A stretch of DNA of 63,913 nt, counting the filler, from Choristocarpus tenellus KU-1152 (taxonomy: Eukaryota > Protista > Phaeophyceae): assembly GCA_964200185.2 (NCBI GenBank). It is 10 parts of 10 records of this genome, joined end to end, with 100 filler letters (N's around TTAATTAATTAA, not from the genome) between each part and the next. Parts side by side here need not be neighbours in the genome. Positions count along the whole stretch, not along the records: positions 36,749 to 42,819 come from CAXNAD020009016.1; positions 42,920 to 47,661 come from CAXNAD020013246.1; positions 47,762 to 55,115 come from CAXNAD020006282.1; 7 more parts are not named here. The stretch is one strand, 5' to 3'. Under the pieces are notes generated by a model. The model was not told where the DNA came from. It worked only from the letters and a program-made list of their open reading frames with translations, and did no database searches. A program made the translations under genes and the position numbers. Of the stretch, positions 39,812 through 53,629 are shown one piece after another (the first letter of the stretch is position 1; each line of letters starts with the position of its first letter).

Positions 39812-41805
39812 TAAATCTGTATAGAAATTTCTTAATTCTGTGGAAATTTGCAAACAATTAGAGAAATCAACAATATCAAGTCAATCTTAGCACTTAGGGT
39901 TTAAAGATAAGGGTTAATAGCAAGAGACGAAAAGATTGGCGTGAAATACAAAACAGCCAAAAACCTGTGTATCTCTCATCTACTTTGGGTCAAACGCACC
40001 CATGTTGGAGGCACCCATCAGTGCGCCACAGACAGAGCAAAAAATCGAGCAGAGTTTTTAGTTAGTAGATCTAACTTGTACATATTTCTATTGCTACTCT
40101 ACGTCTCCTCCAATCATGTTTCAACACTCCTTGTCTCCTGGAGAGGAAAGGAATTTGTCTCTTAATTCTTAACTCGTGTAGGGCCTATATCTCCTGTTTG
40201 TGGTAGTAATATATTGCATCAAGTAATATTCTTCACAAGGTGTGCAGGACTAGGTTCCAATATTTTTTTCACATAACTTAGTTTCATGGCACTTCCATCG
40301 TCCCTCCTCGTTCGTACGGCATACCAAAAATAATATTATCGTACTTCATATCGTAACTGAAACAAAAATTACATCCAGTAGTAATTAATTGCACACTGTG
40401 CCTGCTTCCTCGCATATCTGTTCCTCTTTCAATGTTATTTTTTAAAATATATCCTTCTAATAATTTCTTGAAGACCTACTTCCTTCCTCTTGTAGCTGTT
40501 ATTGCTTATGTTTACATTTTTCAGCCTACCGTAAAGGGAGTAATTAACAGGCATCGCACATGAGAACTACTTCAAGTTCCACCATAAATCCATCCACCTC
40601 AAGATGTTCCCTGCTCTGGATCAAATACTACAGAGTGCTGGGCAACTTGCTTGCTCCAACCTATTTCCATTCTTAAAATTGAACAGAGGGAGCCAACACC
40701 TCCTCAGTTAGCCGAAAATTGTCATACTAGTATCATAAACATAACTCACACATAGTAAATACTATTCCTACCTCAAATAAAGCCTTTGTAGTTCCCTTAC
40801 TGATTGCTACTACTTCGGAATGTTACGTAACCCCTCCCCTCCCCCCCCATTCCACTCTCGGTCACCTACGCAACAGTAACATACATTACATACATAAATA
40901 CATATTCCTCTGTCATAAGAAAAGGTTTTCCCTACAAACTACCTCCTCTTAATAGATCAAATGTTCACAATAACTATTTTATTGCCATTTTATTGTACTG
41001 CCTCATGTTATCTTCTCCTTCCCCCCTGTTTCTAGAAAGAAAAGGCCCATGACAGTTCCACATACCTTGCCTGTACATGCCCAGCCAAGCACACATTACA
41101 CTTCAAAAAATGTCTGTACTTACACTATGCCAAAGGTTCAATCAACCCACAGTGCATGAGCATCGATCTTACTACATACTCTCAAGTGTATGTTTCCATT
41201 CTTTTTCACCAGTCACAGGTACACACAAAGGCACTTCCCCCACCCCCCAGGAAAAAAAAAGAGTCGGTTCGAAGTACAAAATCCTGACTGACACCCCACA
41301 CTGTCGGAGAGAGAGAGCAAGCCCACCACAGGAGGGATCAAATCACTTGCAACCCCCCCATCACATGTAGTATGTATCATACCCCTCTGCTCAATGACCT
41401 CAACACATCATCATTCTTGATTCTTCTACAAATAGTACCAATTTGGAGCACTAAATATCTTAGAAATAGAGGTACATATCCATCCTTGAGCATAGACCGG
41501 TACATCAGAATTCGAAAGCACCACAAGTGGAAACAGTTTTGTCCACTACCATGCCGTCATTTCCAAACACAATAAATACACTCTGATATCATTTAAGAAC
41601 CCTTCTCACGAATCTTACACGATACCGACTACATCAAATCTCTTTAAAAGACAGTCCATTGAATCTCTTGAAGAGACCAGCCCCACACCCGGTAGGCTTC
41701 TCTTCATTCAGAGATACCAAGGGTCAAGGGTTGACGCCACTTTGACTATCCAAAGTCTCATGAGATCCTCCCCACTTCACACTCTTTCTACTTGTCTAAC
41801 CCTAC

Positions 41806-41878
41806 CTCAGCCTCTCGGATACAGTTTGTCTGTTCCGTCTGGTTCGCCTTGCTCGGTGATTCCCTTCACTACCCTTGC
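41806..41878 (-). CDS. Candidate orphan internal exon (GKGSEGNHRARRTRRNRQTVSERL)
   Basis: Acceptor ctcag|G, donor AG|gtaggg, open frame; no homology recognised. Confidence 0.3.
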
Positions 41879-42919
41879 CTGAGTGAACCACTCCATCACA
41901 GAATAACATGATTGACACACACACACACAAACACACACAGAGAGAGAGATAAACACCGATAAACACAACACAACTCCCATCACATCCAAAAAAAGAGCTC
42001 AACATAGTATCAGTGTGTGATTGCTACAATACAGAATACAACAGACATCAAATCCATACACTTCAAATAATGCATTCGTGGGTGACTAAATCTATATCAA
42101 TCTATATCAAGTGGAGCAAATGATATACGTATCAGGTCATAGCCTCTTCAAACCCATGTCATCTTCCACAACTACACAATGGTCCTCACACCAGAATAAG
42201 AGTTAAAACAAAGTATACGTTTCAAGTATCTCATGTTCACAATGATCTTGAAGGCAGTGATGGGTCCATTTTTGTTTTTCATTGTACAGATCAACATAGT
42301 AGCCAATAGAATGCCCACAGCTGCCGCAACAAAAAACCTTGAATAAACACCCAAGGTTAATGAATGCCACATCATATCATACAAATCCCGCATGCTTGTC
42401 CCACCCTGTTCCTTCCTGACTCACAAACAATCACAAACACTAACAAACAACACCGATCCTCTCCCCCCCCCGTACACATTACATTACATTCCCACACAAA
42501 GATAACAATAGACAAAAACCTAAAACCGAAACACCAACACCCACTCTATCCCTACCTTCCCCCTCCAAGTAACCACTACAAAAAAGGCCTTACTACTGTA
42601 GGTACTTCAATAAAAAATGAAGCCCATGCTACAAATAGCCACTCTAGAGGTATTCATCATAAAATATAAAAAAGTAAATCAAAGGAGCCAGCTACCCTGT
42701 CCTCTCTCTCTCCCATACCATTCAACTGCTCTCGCCAGCCCAACACCTGTCAGCCAGCCCCCTTCCCCCAAAGACACCCCATTAAACCCCCCCTCCCCAA
42801 CACACTCCTAACGCACAACNNNNNNNNNNNNNNNNNNNNNNNNNNNNNNNNNNNNNNNNNNNNTTAATTAATTAANNNNNNNNNNNNNNNNNNNNNNNNN
42901 NNNNNNNNNNNNNNNNNNN

Positions 42920-43026
42920 ACATTGACTCTTCCTAACAAAACGATAGCCAAAATTACGTCAAATTCGCAACATTGGATTTTGGCCCCCAAATGGACGCGG
43001 CCCCACCCTCTAAGATACTTTGGCTC
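42920..43026 (-). mobile_element. MITE family A end, at contig start
   Basis: ...cccccaaatggacgcggccccaccctctaagatactttggctc. Confidence 0.88.
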
Positions 43027-43546
43027 TCCTCTGTATTCTTTTCAAGACGCATGTTGCTTAGGCCCTCGTAATCAGCCTTCACCTCTCCCCATCCCTATTT
43101 GTCATTAGTTGGGTATCGGGAAGGAGTTCTGGGAAGCATTCCATAATCGCTACCACTACCTCAAAACCTCCCATGCTTTCTTCCCCTATTTTCCCTTCCA
43201 CCCTAAACCTTGTCATCACTGCTCCCTTCCTACCCTGATCTCCTTTTGACCCTGTGAATGTTACCTCAACTTTCTCACACTTGATGTCTATCCTCCCACC
43301 TTAGTCTCTCCACTTCTTTCCTTCATACCACATCTCTCCCTCCTCCTTACCGCCAAATCTCCACGCACGCACCCCCCCTTCATATTAAGCCCATAACTCT
43401 GATGCTCTTGCTAAAAAGAAAAAAGAGAACCCCAACCCTTACCTTGTCAGTTTACCCTCCCTTCCTAACATTTCGATACAGTGCTTTGTTTGTACTATAA
43501 TCCTTCCTGTCAGGGGTCTCCTCTTTTTAGGCTGACTGCCCGTTTC

Positions 43547-43724
43547 GGCTCAAAGTATCTGGGGAGGGGTGGCGGCTGTCCATTTGGGGCCAATTTTTTC
43601 ATGTCGTGATTTTTGTGTGGTTTGGTTGCGTACGTCAGATGGATAATATAAGTGCACTTCTCCTGGTTTTGGCCCAAATGGACACCCTGGTGTAGACTTC
43701 CCCCCCCCCCAGATACTTGGAGTC
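43547..43724 (+). mobile_element. MITE family B, full copy inserted in the DIRS tyrosine recombinase ORF
   Basis: ggctcaaagtatctgggg...ccccagatacttggagtc; flanks ttc/ttt. Removing it restores the YR frame RSHTK|ETGSQPKKRRPLT. Confidence 0.9.
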
Positions 43725-45926
43725 TTTTGTGTGACTCCTCCTCATACCCTTTAGCACTGAGGAAATCATGAAGTGTTTCGTGGGAAGTTGGAAGTTAAAA
43801 AATTGTTTGTGGTAGTACTGGATTGCTGAAATCTTACCCTTGATTGTACCTTCTTGGTTCCCCTTATTCCTGCAACAAAAGCATATAAGTTCCACTAGAG
43901 CCTTCACTACATCCAACTCTCGACTTCTAGGGTCCAGCCATTTACTCAATCCTCTATGTATACGGAACTCAGACTACTGCTCCCAAGCTGTCTCATAACG
44001 CTTCTGATTAGATGACCCGACCGATTCTCTGGGTACAGGGCTGCAAGGCACTCAAACACACCACCTCCCTTTCCCTACCCAGGGGCTGTTCCTGCCAATC
44101 AACATGTGGACAAGCATGTTGGAGGTTAGACTGAATATTGTCCTTATCCTATCCTGATATTCCATCTTCCAGATCATTCTTCTTCCCCGCAACGTGTTCT
44201 GCTGCCAACGACCATTCCCCTGCTACCTCTAACGTCCCCATTATCCTCATCAATCCTCCCGCCCTTTTATCTCTTGCCCCCCACACATACGAAACCAATG
44301 CACTGCACAATTGTTGACCCCTCTTAACAATACTGGGTCCCCCTTTTTCTTTGCCCTTCCCCCTATCTCCAATACTAATAACCACGTTTTCACTACCATT
44401 CCCCAACAATTCTAGCACGTTGATCAATATATTGTTACAGCACGCTTCAGAAGTTTGCCTCCACAGGATGTATAGCTCCAATCCACAAGCCTATAGAAAA
44501 TGCTGATGCTCGCGCGAGCCTCTCAGGATACTTCAACAGTCCAGAGGAGTCCATCGCACATCTGGTTAGTCGAACGTTAGCTCAGCAGAACAGGGGGCAC
44601 TTCTCTCAATATTACCAGTATATGAATTTGGTATCGGAATTAAGAGAAAGTGCTGAGAGGGCATTGATTGTTCCAGGCTCTTCATCATTTCTTTAATCGT
44701 CATTTACCGTTTTTTTGTTTGGACTAAAAGAAGTTGGAATACATCTAAAAACTGTTGCAACATTCCCAAGTTACAGATCTTACTTTGCAACCTTAGCAAA
44801 TCGGAGTTCCTCTTTATAAGGTTCCCCACACGTGTATACTGCTCGCACTTGTGAGAAGCGAGAAGAAATACTCGCGCTATTCGCCTGTAACAATACTCCC
44901 CCTCTCCTTTTATCACACTTCATGTGATATCCTTCATCACACACGTCGGGTACTCATACCTCCACCACTTACCCATCTCCACGTTGTATCCTCCTACTGC
45001 TGTAAAGCACGCATCTGAGTACCATGTTGTCACTGGTGGTCTTACCTCAAATCCTATATAGGGGAACTCGGGTTCTCCCCTCTCTCTGCCAACCCTTGTT
45101 CTACCACCCAACCCCACCAATATATGTCTTTCTTAAATTCCCTACCTATCCTGACCTCTCCATTTCTTTCCCTCACCCCTAAACTCTGTTCCCTCTGACT
45201 ACCGCCATGAGCTATCCTTCTCAACCAACGCCCCTTCTGGTGTAGCCTCGACAAATACACCAGCCGCCAAGGAAAAAAACGTCCTGGGCGTATTACATAC
45301 AATATGTGCCTTTTTCCTATCAACACCCACACGTCTCTCACTCTTGCTATGGACCTCGACTCTGGGCACTCTTCTAGCAATCTCTTTAGTCCCTTCAACT
45401 TTCTGTTTGGTAAAGCAATTGTCATGGTCTCAGTGTCTACCTGTGTGGTATGCCACCCTGTCAACCTTTTCGTTGACAAAATGGGGAGTTCCTCTGCCTG
45501 TCTCTGACCTAGCAGTCTTATGTGGTCCGATACTAAAGAATTTATTTCCAACGTCAATCTCTTCCCATCCTCAAACTATTGGACCTCTACTAGAATACTG
45601 TCATCGACATACATACTTACAAAAGGGTCATCTACCCCCCCCCTACTGCTTCTGGAACTTTCCATGTCTCGTCTAATTAACAAATATTGTGAAACAGATG
45701 GAAACAAGCCAACAGGTTCTTCGTAATGAAGGGGAGAGGAAAGACCCACAGGAGGCAAGGGCAAAAAGAGAGACAAGTCAAGAGGGAGAGCAATCCCTGG
45801 GGAGATCACTCGGGAAAGGAGTGATCAAGTGATAGCTGAATGAGGGGATTTTGGTAAGGTCTCTTCTAACCACCTGATCTTACTTCAAGCAGATGTTACC
45901 TTCAACATGTAAGAACGAATGTCATA

Positions 45927-46186
45927 GAGTGAAAGTATCTTAGAGGGTAGGAGTTTTGCCCTGTTTGTCCATTTGGGACTTGGCTTCCCATGGGGTATTT
46001 TATGACATTTTCCTACTCCAAAATGTTTTGGAGTTGGTAAAACGTATATGTAATGAAAAAGAGTGTCCGGAACAAGGATATTGACGCTTCCTAACAAATA
46101 GGATAACCAAAAATTACATCAGAATCGCAACATTTGATTCTGGCCCCTAAATGGACACGGCTCTACCCTCTAAGGTGCTTTGGCTC
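45927..46186 (-). mobile_element. MITE family A, full copy within the DIRS RT region, TSD ATA/ATA
   Basis: ata-gagtgaaagtatcttagagggta...taccctctaaggtgctttggctc-ata. Confidence 0.93.
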
Positions 46187-49100
46187 ATATGGATATCAGA
46201 TTCTTCAAGATAGGTTACCTTCAGGGCATACCTTCTGTGGAAGATGGCTCTCACAATATCCTATCTATCTGCTAGGAATGCCTCGCACTGCAGCAATTCC
46301 TTTGGCTTCTTTGATCACGACTGCTGGCTGGGGGCCTGTTTTACAACGGGAAAATTCTAGAGCACTTGCCATTAAGTCCCACCACCCTGGGCTATTCTTC
46401 CAACCAAATTGGAGTATGAAATATATCACTATAAATCTTCAACACAGTACCCAAACCTAGCTGCCCCTCTTGGTTCAACTGGTACTTGGCGAAAGGCATC
46501 CTTAACATCCACCTTACTAATCATGATTCTCGCCTTGGGGAACTTCTTCCTTAACTCTACAATCCTCTTAATCACATCTTCCAACATGGTCCCACAATGC
46601 ACAGGGGGGGCATCTTTCAATTATATTTCTTCATTGACGCTCGGGGCCCAACTCTATTGCTGACCCGACAGATCATGAATAATCCTAACTTTCATTGGTT
46701 CTTGGATTGCTCCAACTGGGGACAACTGCAAACCTGGAACCTTTGCCCTTGCCCTTTGGTAAGCACTAGTCCGCTACCCTGAATCACATCCCCCACTATC
46801 TTCTGTAGCAATGCCGTACTATGATTTTCTGCACCCCTATGGTTGCAATACTCCAGCCTCCCTTCAACCCTACCTTCCCGTTTCATGTATACTGGTACCC
46901 CACCATGAACTACCTTTTGTAGTCTTTCTATCTGTGGGAATCCTATCTTCTTTCCAAAATGACCTTCAATCCTACCCCAATTCAAACTTTCAGGGCTCCA
47001 TCTCTTTCCAAGCCTAGCCACCAATCTCTCCAAAGTCACCCACACACTCCTCAAGTAACGCCTCTCGCTTGCTTGCTAGCTCATTCAACTCCTTCACTGA
47101 ACTCTCAAATCCCCTTTCCTCTCTTTTTGACTTCTCTCAAATTCCAAACCACTCCTCAATTCTGTCACTCTCTTCACCTTTTCTACCCCCTCTACCTTTT
47201 TTGTCTGGTGTAAGGACCCTGGCCTTGGGATCCCTGCGGTCCATTGCGCGCGTTGTGGAAGCACTGACATCCACGGGTCTCGTTTTACTGGTCCATTCCC
47301 AAGAGGGATTGGCCCACATCCTCAGGGGTCCTTCTTGATTGATTCACTCTGGGTCTTATCTCCCTTCATGTTTTCTTCCACTTCTTTGAAGTGGTCGAAT
47401 TTACAAAACCCATGTCTCTTCAGGAAGTCACATTCTTTCCCTGCTTTAAAGGCATCGCATGGGTTGTACTCCCCCCCCCCACTTGATGTTCCTTCTCGGC
47501 TCCGTTTTTCTAATCTTGGAGATTTTGACGATCTTGTTTCCCCCTATGTTCTCGCCCTCTTCATTGATCATAAGCGTGACTCGATGCTGTACAGAGTAGG
47601 TAGCATGTTCTTGGCCTGGCATAAAGTGATCTCCAGGCCGGTAAACCAAGGAACCGGGGGGNNNNNNNNNNNNNNNNNNNNNNNNNNNNNNNNNNNNNNN
47701 NNNNNTTAATTAATTAANNNNNNNNNNNNNNNNNNNNNNNNNNNNNNNNNNNNNNNNNNNNCCATCCTCATAGTCCCGCTCCATCCTCAATTTTGAGAAT
47801 CCCCTGTTTAATGTGCAACAAATAATATGCAGTAACGCAACCTCCTCTACTGCACAAAATGGTAGCAAGATAAAACGCACGAAAATATTGTAGGTAAATA
47901 GCACTGACAAAGGCAACACTAATAATAATAGTATCAACAAAGAAATCAATCGCTATTATAAAACTACTACATAAAATATTAATAAGTCAAACGAAAGGTA
48001 GGCGGGGGTTGCAATTCAAGGATCCCAAGAAAGGGCAAGAAAATATAATTTTTGTACAAATGCCGAAAGTGTCTTTGATGAATTGTGGTGCCACGTTTGT
48101 GTGTGCCAAGGGGGAATATCAATCTTGCGTACACTATTGCTGTGCTCATAAAGCAATGAATAGTGTATTGCATATAATAGTAAGAACTATGGATTAGAAC
48201 GCGAAAGAGTCCAAATCTGCCCACTCTCAGTCGGTCTGGCTCATTACGATTGTTATGAATAACCTGTTGCTGTTGTAGTTATAAATCAACTGTAGTAGTA
48301 ATAGGGGTATTTGTTGTTGTTGTCGTAGTGGTGGTGGTGGTGGTGGTACAGAAAATAACACAGGTTCATACACAACATACTATATATATGTATACTGCAG
48401 GGTTATGACAATAACAAACAAGGAACAGGCGTCGTCCTCATCACTGAGTGAGGCAGGTACGACATGCCTTTAAAAGCTAACAGAGTGTACACATTAACGA
48501 TAAATTTCACTAATATGCATGAGACCGTCTCACAGAACAAAAGTGAATGACCGAAATATCAGCTTCTACAAAAAATGACCATGGCTTTCAGTGAGCAACT
48601 CTGAACTCAACAGATCCTATGTTAATGGCAGTTTGTGATCTTCTCAACCTCTTCCAGTTGCATTTTGTTGAAGTTGGTTGACACCATTTCCTCCACTGAT
48701 AAAACTCACTATTGCTAACCTTCTTCTAGTACTATATTGGGAGGAAAAAATCAAAACACTGACCGCGTTTGGGAAGAGGGAGGTAATGCACCACACTTGC
48801 ACACCAAAGCCACAATATTCTCGCAGATGACTGTATTCCTCCCTCCAAGGTCCTCAAAAATGCAACACAACAATCCACTCATGCACGACACTTTGACATG
48901 ATCTCAAAAATGATAAAACACACTCCAGACAGCACACACAAGACGCAGCTGGCATTGTACAACAAAGTGCCACCCGTGCTGTGAGAAGTTACAGCCCTAC
49001 CTGAAGAGGATAAAGGCTTCCCATGAGCTTTCCTTGCAATGTGTGGTGGAAGTTCAGCTGCTACTGGTGATGGGGCGGTGGAAGTCATGACAAGGGTTAC

Positions 49101-50988
49101 AACAGCCAACAGAAAAAAACTGGGATTCGCACAATGTACACCTTACTGCCTTCCAGTACGCCCACCAGGGGTAGATTTCACTGTGATAGTATGATGTTGG
49201 AGAGAAGGAGTTGTCCATTATGGCAAAGGTTAATCAATCATCCCATCTATTATTGGAAGAAAATAAGAGCAAGCAGTTCAGGGTGAATGCCATGATTAAA
49301 AAGGTCAGTGTCCTCCAACACAGCTACGAAACCTTGATTTACTGGTCTACTGAGTTGCAAAGAAACTACCCTAGTGACTACGCGCACTTCCCCCCAACAT
49401 CCCTGCATTAACATATGTATACGCAAATCAATTTTTCATACTACTTCATGATGGATGGGTGAGTGAATAGTATTTATAACAGTGACAAGATGAGCTATGG
49501 ATACACAATTGCACACGCAAGGAAGCAGCAGGATATATATAGACCATTTATTAGAACGTGTAAATGTTTATAAGCCACTGTGATGTCACTGTTAGCTTCT
49601 GTGTAATGCATTCTCTCGAGAACCTCCTTACCCAACTCCACACCTTGGCACGTATCTCTCAAAAGGATGGTGCGTACCACAAGGGAGGCAAGTATGGAGT
49701 TGTATATCAACCGCTTTTTCTTTGTACCAATAATAGATAAGAGTCAAAGAATCCTACAGGGGATATGGACAAATCATAGGGATCCATGTCGGTGAGCCTT
49801 CATTTCGTCTTTCCAATCACTTGTACACAATGTTTGACATCCCTCCACTCTCAAACCCATGGCAATACCTCTATCCAGAGGTTTTCATCTGTCACAGTCA
49901 CAGCAACCAAACAGAACATACCTGCAATTTCAGCATAGCAATGGAGGGTAAGGCAAAAAAGTTGAAAAGGTCTTCATGAGTAATCATGCGGACTAAAACC
50001 TACACCCTTCTAGGATACGCTTGACTCATGCAACAATAATAAAGCAACAGTCAAAGCCAACAAGAAATGTGTTCTTCCAAGCATCTAGCTACTGCATTGT
50101 CAACACAAATTTGTAGTTATACAAGCATGGGCACAAGTACATAGCTATACAACACACACAAAACTCTCCTGAACAAGCACACCACACAAAACACAAACAT
50201 ACAACAGCAATGTTACCCCAACCCCTCCTAGGAGAGGCAGGTAGGATGTAGGACGAGAAGAAGGGCTACTGTAGGGGGCTGTCTTCAAGCCTCCAGTCAG
50301 TCCCTACCATACCCTGAGCAAACAACATTCCTCCCTCGGGGTAGATCACAGACTCACACTATTTGCAGTGGTGAATGTATGTTACTCAACACAAGCACTT
50401 CACCTTGAAAACACCTATTCCCCAAGGCAATCTAATTTCACACAACACACTCCAGCAGGCCGATAGAGCAACCAAGCGATTACTCCCACAATGCCAAAAA
50501 ACTTCAAAACTATTGAAAGTACGTGTGTTGCACCCATGCAGAAAGGCAGGTCAGCAGGAACTCATCAGATGACTCAACTCAGAAAAAATGTATACGCCAC
50601 ATATGCATCTGCCTATTCCTCGCCTGTTTAGTGCACAAGGAAAGTACGGACATATGGTCAGTCTACTTACCACATCTTAACTAAAACCTCTTAAACAACG
50701 AAGACCATCATTCAACATTCTTCCATCCCTCTGCCCTCAAACCCTCTGGCCACTATCATACACTTGCCCACTCTCCACCACTATAGTAGCACCTTTAAGA
50801 ACAATCCCAAAATCTTACGTCCTCCTCGTGTCCCCTGTGCAACACAGAGTGGTTAGAAGAAACAACAGGGTCAAAGTGGGGGGCATAGCACTTGGCGCCT
50901 GAAACTACATTTTCTACCTACAACAGTGTTTCTCCAAGGCTTCTACCTCCCACCATCAACCCAATCCGCATGCCCATCCTACACCCCT

Positions 50989-51366
50989 TCAACAGATTGC
51001 TGTGTGCCGCACAAGCTTCCTGAGCCCAAGATCTTCATCATTCCCTCCAAACCAGCCATTCCCTGCAGAGGAACCACCAGACAGCGATCGCGGAATAGAT
51101 TCCCCCCTCGATTGCCGTCTGACATACGCTCTCCTACCCTCCCCCTCACCTCCTCCCCTCCCCCCCCCCCGGGTAATGTCATCTGTGCACTGGCTTGACC
51201 ACTTCCGACTCCTCCCCAACTCATCTTCTGTATGATCTGTGTCTTCATCCCAAGAGAACACTGTCTCCTGGTCACTGTTGCCATCCAAGGTCAAGGTTCT
51301 GGTCTCCACAGGGAGTACAGAGGCCATTCGTCCACTTTCCTTAGCCACAAGCTTGGTAAGAGTACC
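50989..51366 (-). CDS. Candidate terminal exon of an unidentified gene (GTLTKLVAKESGRMASVLP...LRKLVRHTAIC*)
   Basis: Acceptor gaacag|GGT; 378-nt open frame with acidic/Gly-rich composition like the other host exons here; ends in TGA. Confidence 0.45.
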   Translation of the reverse strand, partial: GTLTKLVAKESGRMASVLPVETRTLTLDGNSDQETVFSWDEDTDHTEDELGRSRKWSSQCTDDITRGGGRGGGEGEGRRAYVRRQSRGESIPRSLSGGSSAGNGWFGGNDEDLGLRKLVRHTAIC

Positions 51367-51724
51367 CTGTTCACACATGTTTTTCACGTTAGGAGTTTCG
51401 TTTCTTGGGGAGGGAAGGGGGCACACTACAAGTTTTAGGGATACAAGTGCATTCCACATTAACAAGAGGAAACGCCATCCAAGCATGGGGTGCCTTAAAC
51501 GCGTATAACAGGCCCTTGCAATCACAAAAGTTAGCTCTAGACATTGAAATTTAAAAAAAAGCTAATTTCTTGCATTGAGCTAAGGGGAACAGACAGATCG
51601 GCCAATCACCCTATTGACTCTCCACAACTACAACAGATATAATACAGAGCTATCCTTGGCGCACTTCACCACTGCAGTCTTTTTGGCTTTCCTGCCCACA
51701 GAAGAAATTGGGCATACTATGCTG

Positions 51725-53629
51725 CTTCCTCTGTTTGGAATTAAATGTGACATAACTTCTGCAGCCCCGATGAAGAAGCAAGGTTTCTTCGCATGTTCAT
51801 AATTTATGGGTGCATTGTGCAGACACTAAAAGGTTGCCCACCAAAAATCTCAACCAAAATGGGGGAGCCTACACCTATCAATGATTCCGCCCCCAAAGCC
51901 CTCCCAAACTCCATTCCAGCACAGTATTTTCCCACATCCAACCAAGGCATTCGGGGGGAGCTTGCCCGCCTTCTCAGCCTTTTCCTTGCTAACATGGGGA
52001 ATGTTGAAGATGTTGTCACCCATTGGACCCCACCACTTCACCGTAGATGCAAAGAGGCTCCGCCTGACGCGCTATAAGTGTCTCCTTGGAGGACACATCA
52101 AACGCCTCCATCGTGGCCCACACCTCCTCCTCTGTCCTTGTCATCCCCATATCTTCCTTCAGTTGCTGGATGGAATAGAAGAATCCCAGGTCGTTGTCGT
52201 TGAGGTCAGGTGAGTCGACTGGCTGGGTCTCTATGATAATGTCATCCCCATCTGCCTCCTCGATTGCCCTCATGATCCCCTTCTGGGTGTGTGGCTTTGC
52301 CCCATCCTGCTGCTCAAAGATGGTGTGTCCTTCCGCCCTAGGTATGCGGGCCTTGATTGCTGGGATGACATCCTTGATCACAAGCTTCTTAGACCTCTCC
52401 CCATCCACCGTGGCTGGCACAAGCACCTTGGTACCCTTGGAGTTGCGTTTGCTCGAGCACTGAGCGACCTTGTTGGCCAGATCCCGATTTTCCCATCAAA
52501 CCACACCCCATTGGAGAGCTTCCCAGGGTGGCCCACAGCTGTAAGAACATCACCTTCGTAAATGTAACAATTATTCTGCGCCCGTGGAGGTTTGCAGGGG
52601 TCCTTGATGGGGTGCAGGTACACACCTTGCCTATCATTGACAATGTAAAACCGTTTCTCATCTACATGCACCCAGTCCACTAATACCCCACTTCCCCCCC
52701 CCCTCCCATGCGTGTGGCCGATGACGACACCCACCTCTTGACGTTCACCTTCCCACGCTTGCACACTTCCCACACAACGAGGCGAGGGAGACCCCCACTT
52801 TGCCTGCCTGTTTGCGGAAGGATGTTTGGTACACACCGATGGTACAATCCCAAACATAGAGGATACACTTGTACGGTGGCCACATCACCCCTTGCAACAT
52901 AATACAAGGTCCATGCACTCACACCCGTGCAATCCGGCTGCCACATTCCTTCAGATGATGGAACATGGCGATTAAGGAAGTTCCGAAGCCCTTAGCAATG
53001 GCCGCCGCCGTCCCCCGAGGCATCCAAGTCTCGTGTCCTCTCACCCCCAGGCATCGCAACACCATGCTGTTCTTTGTTGAGGTGAGACTGAGTTCTGTGG
53101 TGACTGTCGCCATGATTTTGTTGTTTGAGTGCCCTTTTGTGGGATAAATATGGAAGTACTGCATAGGATTGGTTTGGAGGACACTGTGTCACTGTCCTAA
53201 GTTGTAGAGTGCTTATTTACTCATTTTCATGTTGCTAGGCAAGGGGACGAACAGGACATGTGTCTAGTTAAGGTATACCCTTATCTTAACAGTAACCCGG
53301 ACACACTTCTGGGGCCGAAGAATTGGGACCGGCAGGCGATAATGGGATGAGTGAGCCGCTCATATGGCCGGGGGGGGCTTCGTCCTAGGCATCCCAACAA
53401 ACACCCACTTTGACAGTTTCATGAGGTTTTTGAACCCCATTAACTGCGACTCGATCGACTTTGCACTGGTGATCCTCCACAGTCATGACAGCCCACCATC
53501 CCAAGCCTTCCATGCCTCCCAATCTATATGAGAACAGAGCCTTGTCCAGAGGGTTTATCACACGGGTCATTCCCGAGCCAGAACAGAGCTTGCAAAAGTT
53601 ATGTTACATTTAATTCCAAACGGAGGAAG
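51725..53629 (-). mobile_element. Tc1/mariner DNA transposon (plant-mariner-like TIRs, DD37D spacing), full length with decayed transposase
   Basis: ~39-bp TIRs CTTCCTC(C/T)GTTTGGAATTAAATGT(A/G)ACATAACTT at 51725 and ending 53629; flanks TG/TA (TA TSD with one change). Transposase motifs WVHVDEKRFY, FDGKIGIWP, QQDGAKPH, QPVDSPDLNDNDLGFF. Confidence 0.9.

Larger units (their letters stand above)
43200..47660 (-). mobile_element. Degenerate DIRS-type tyrosine-recombinase retrotransposon (RT, RNase H, YR), with nested insertions
   Basis: RT: KVRIIHDLS, KVDVKDAFRQVPV, QFGWKNSPGWW, YVDD. RNase H: WYSDACFTAVGG, INVLELLG, HVAGKKNDLEDGIS. YR on the same strand: TIKGKISAIQYYH, KRRPLT, FFFLARASELW, SKGDQGRKG. 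Multiple stops and frameshifts. Confidence 0.87.
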
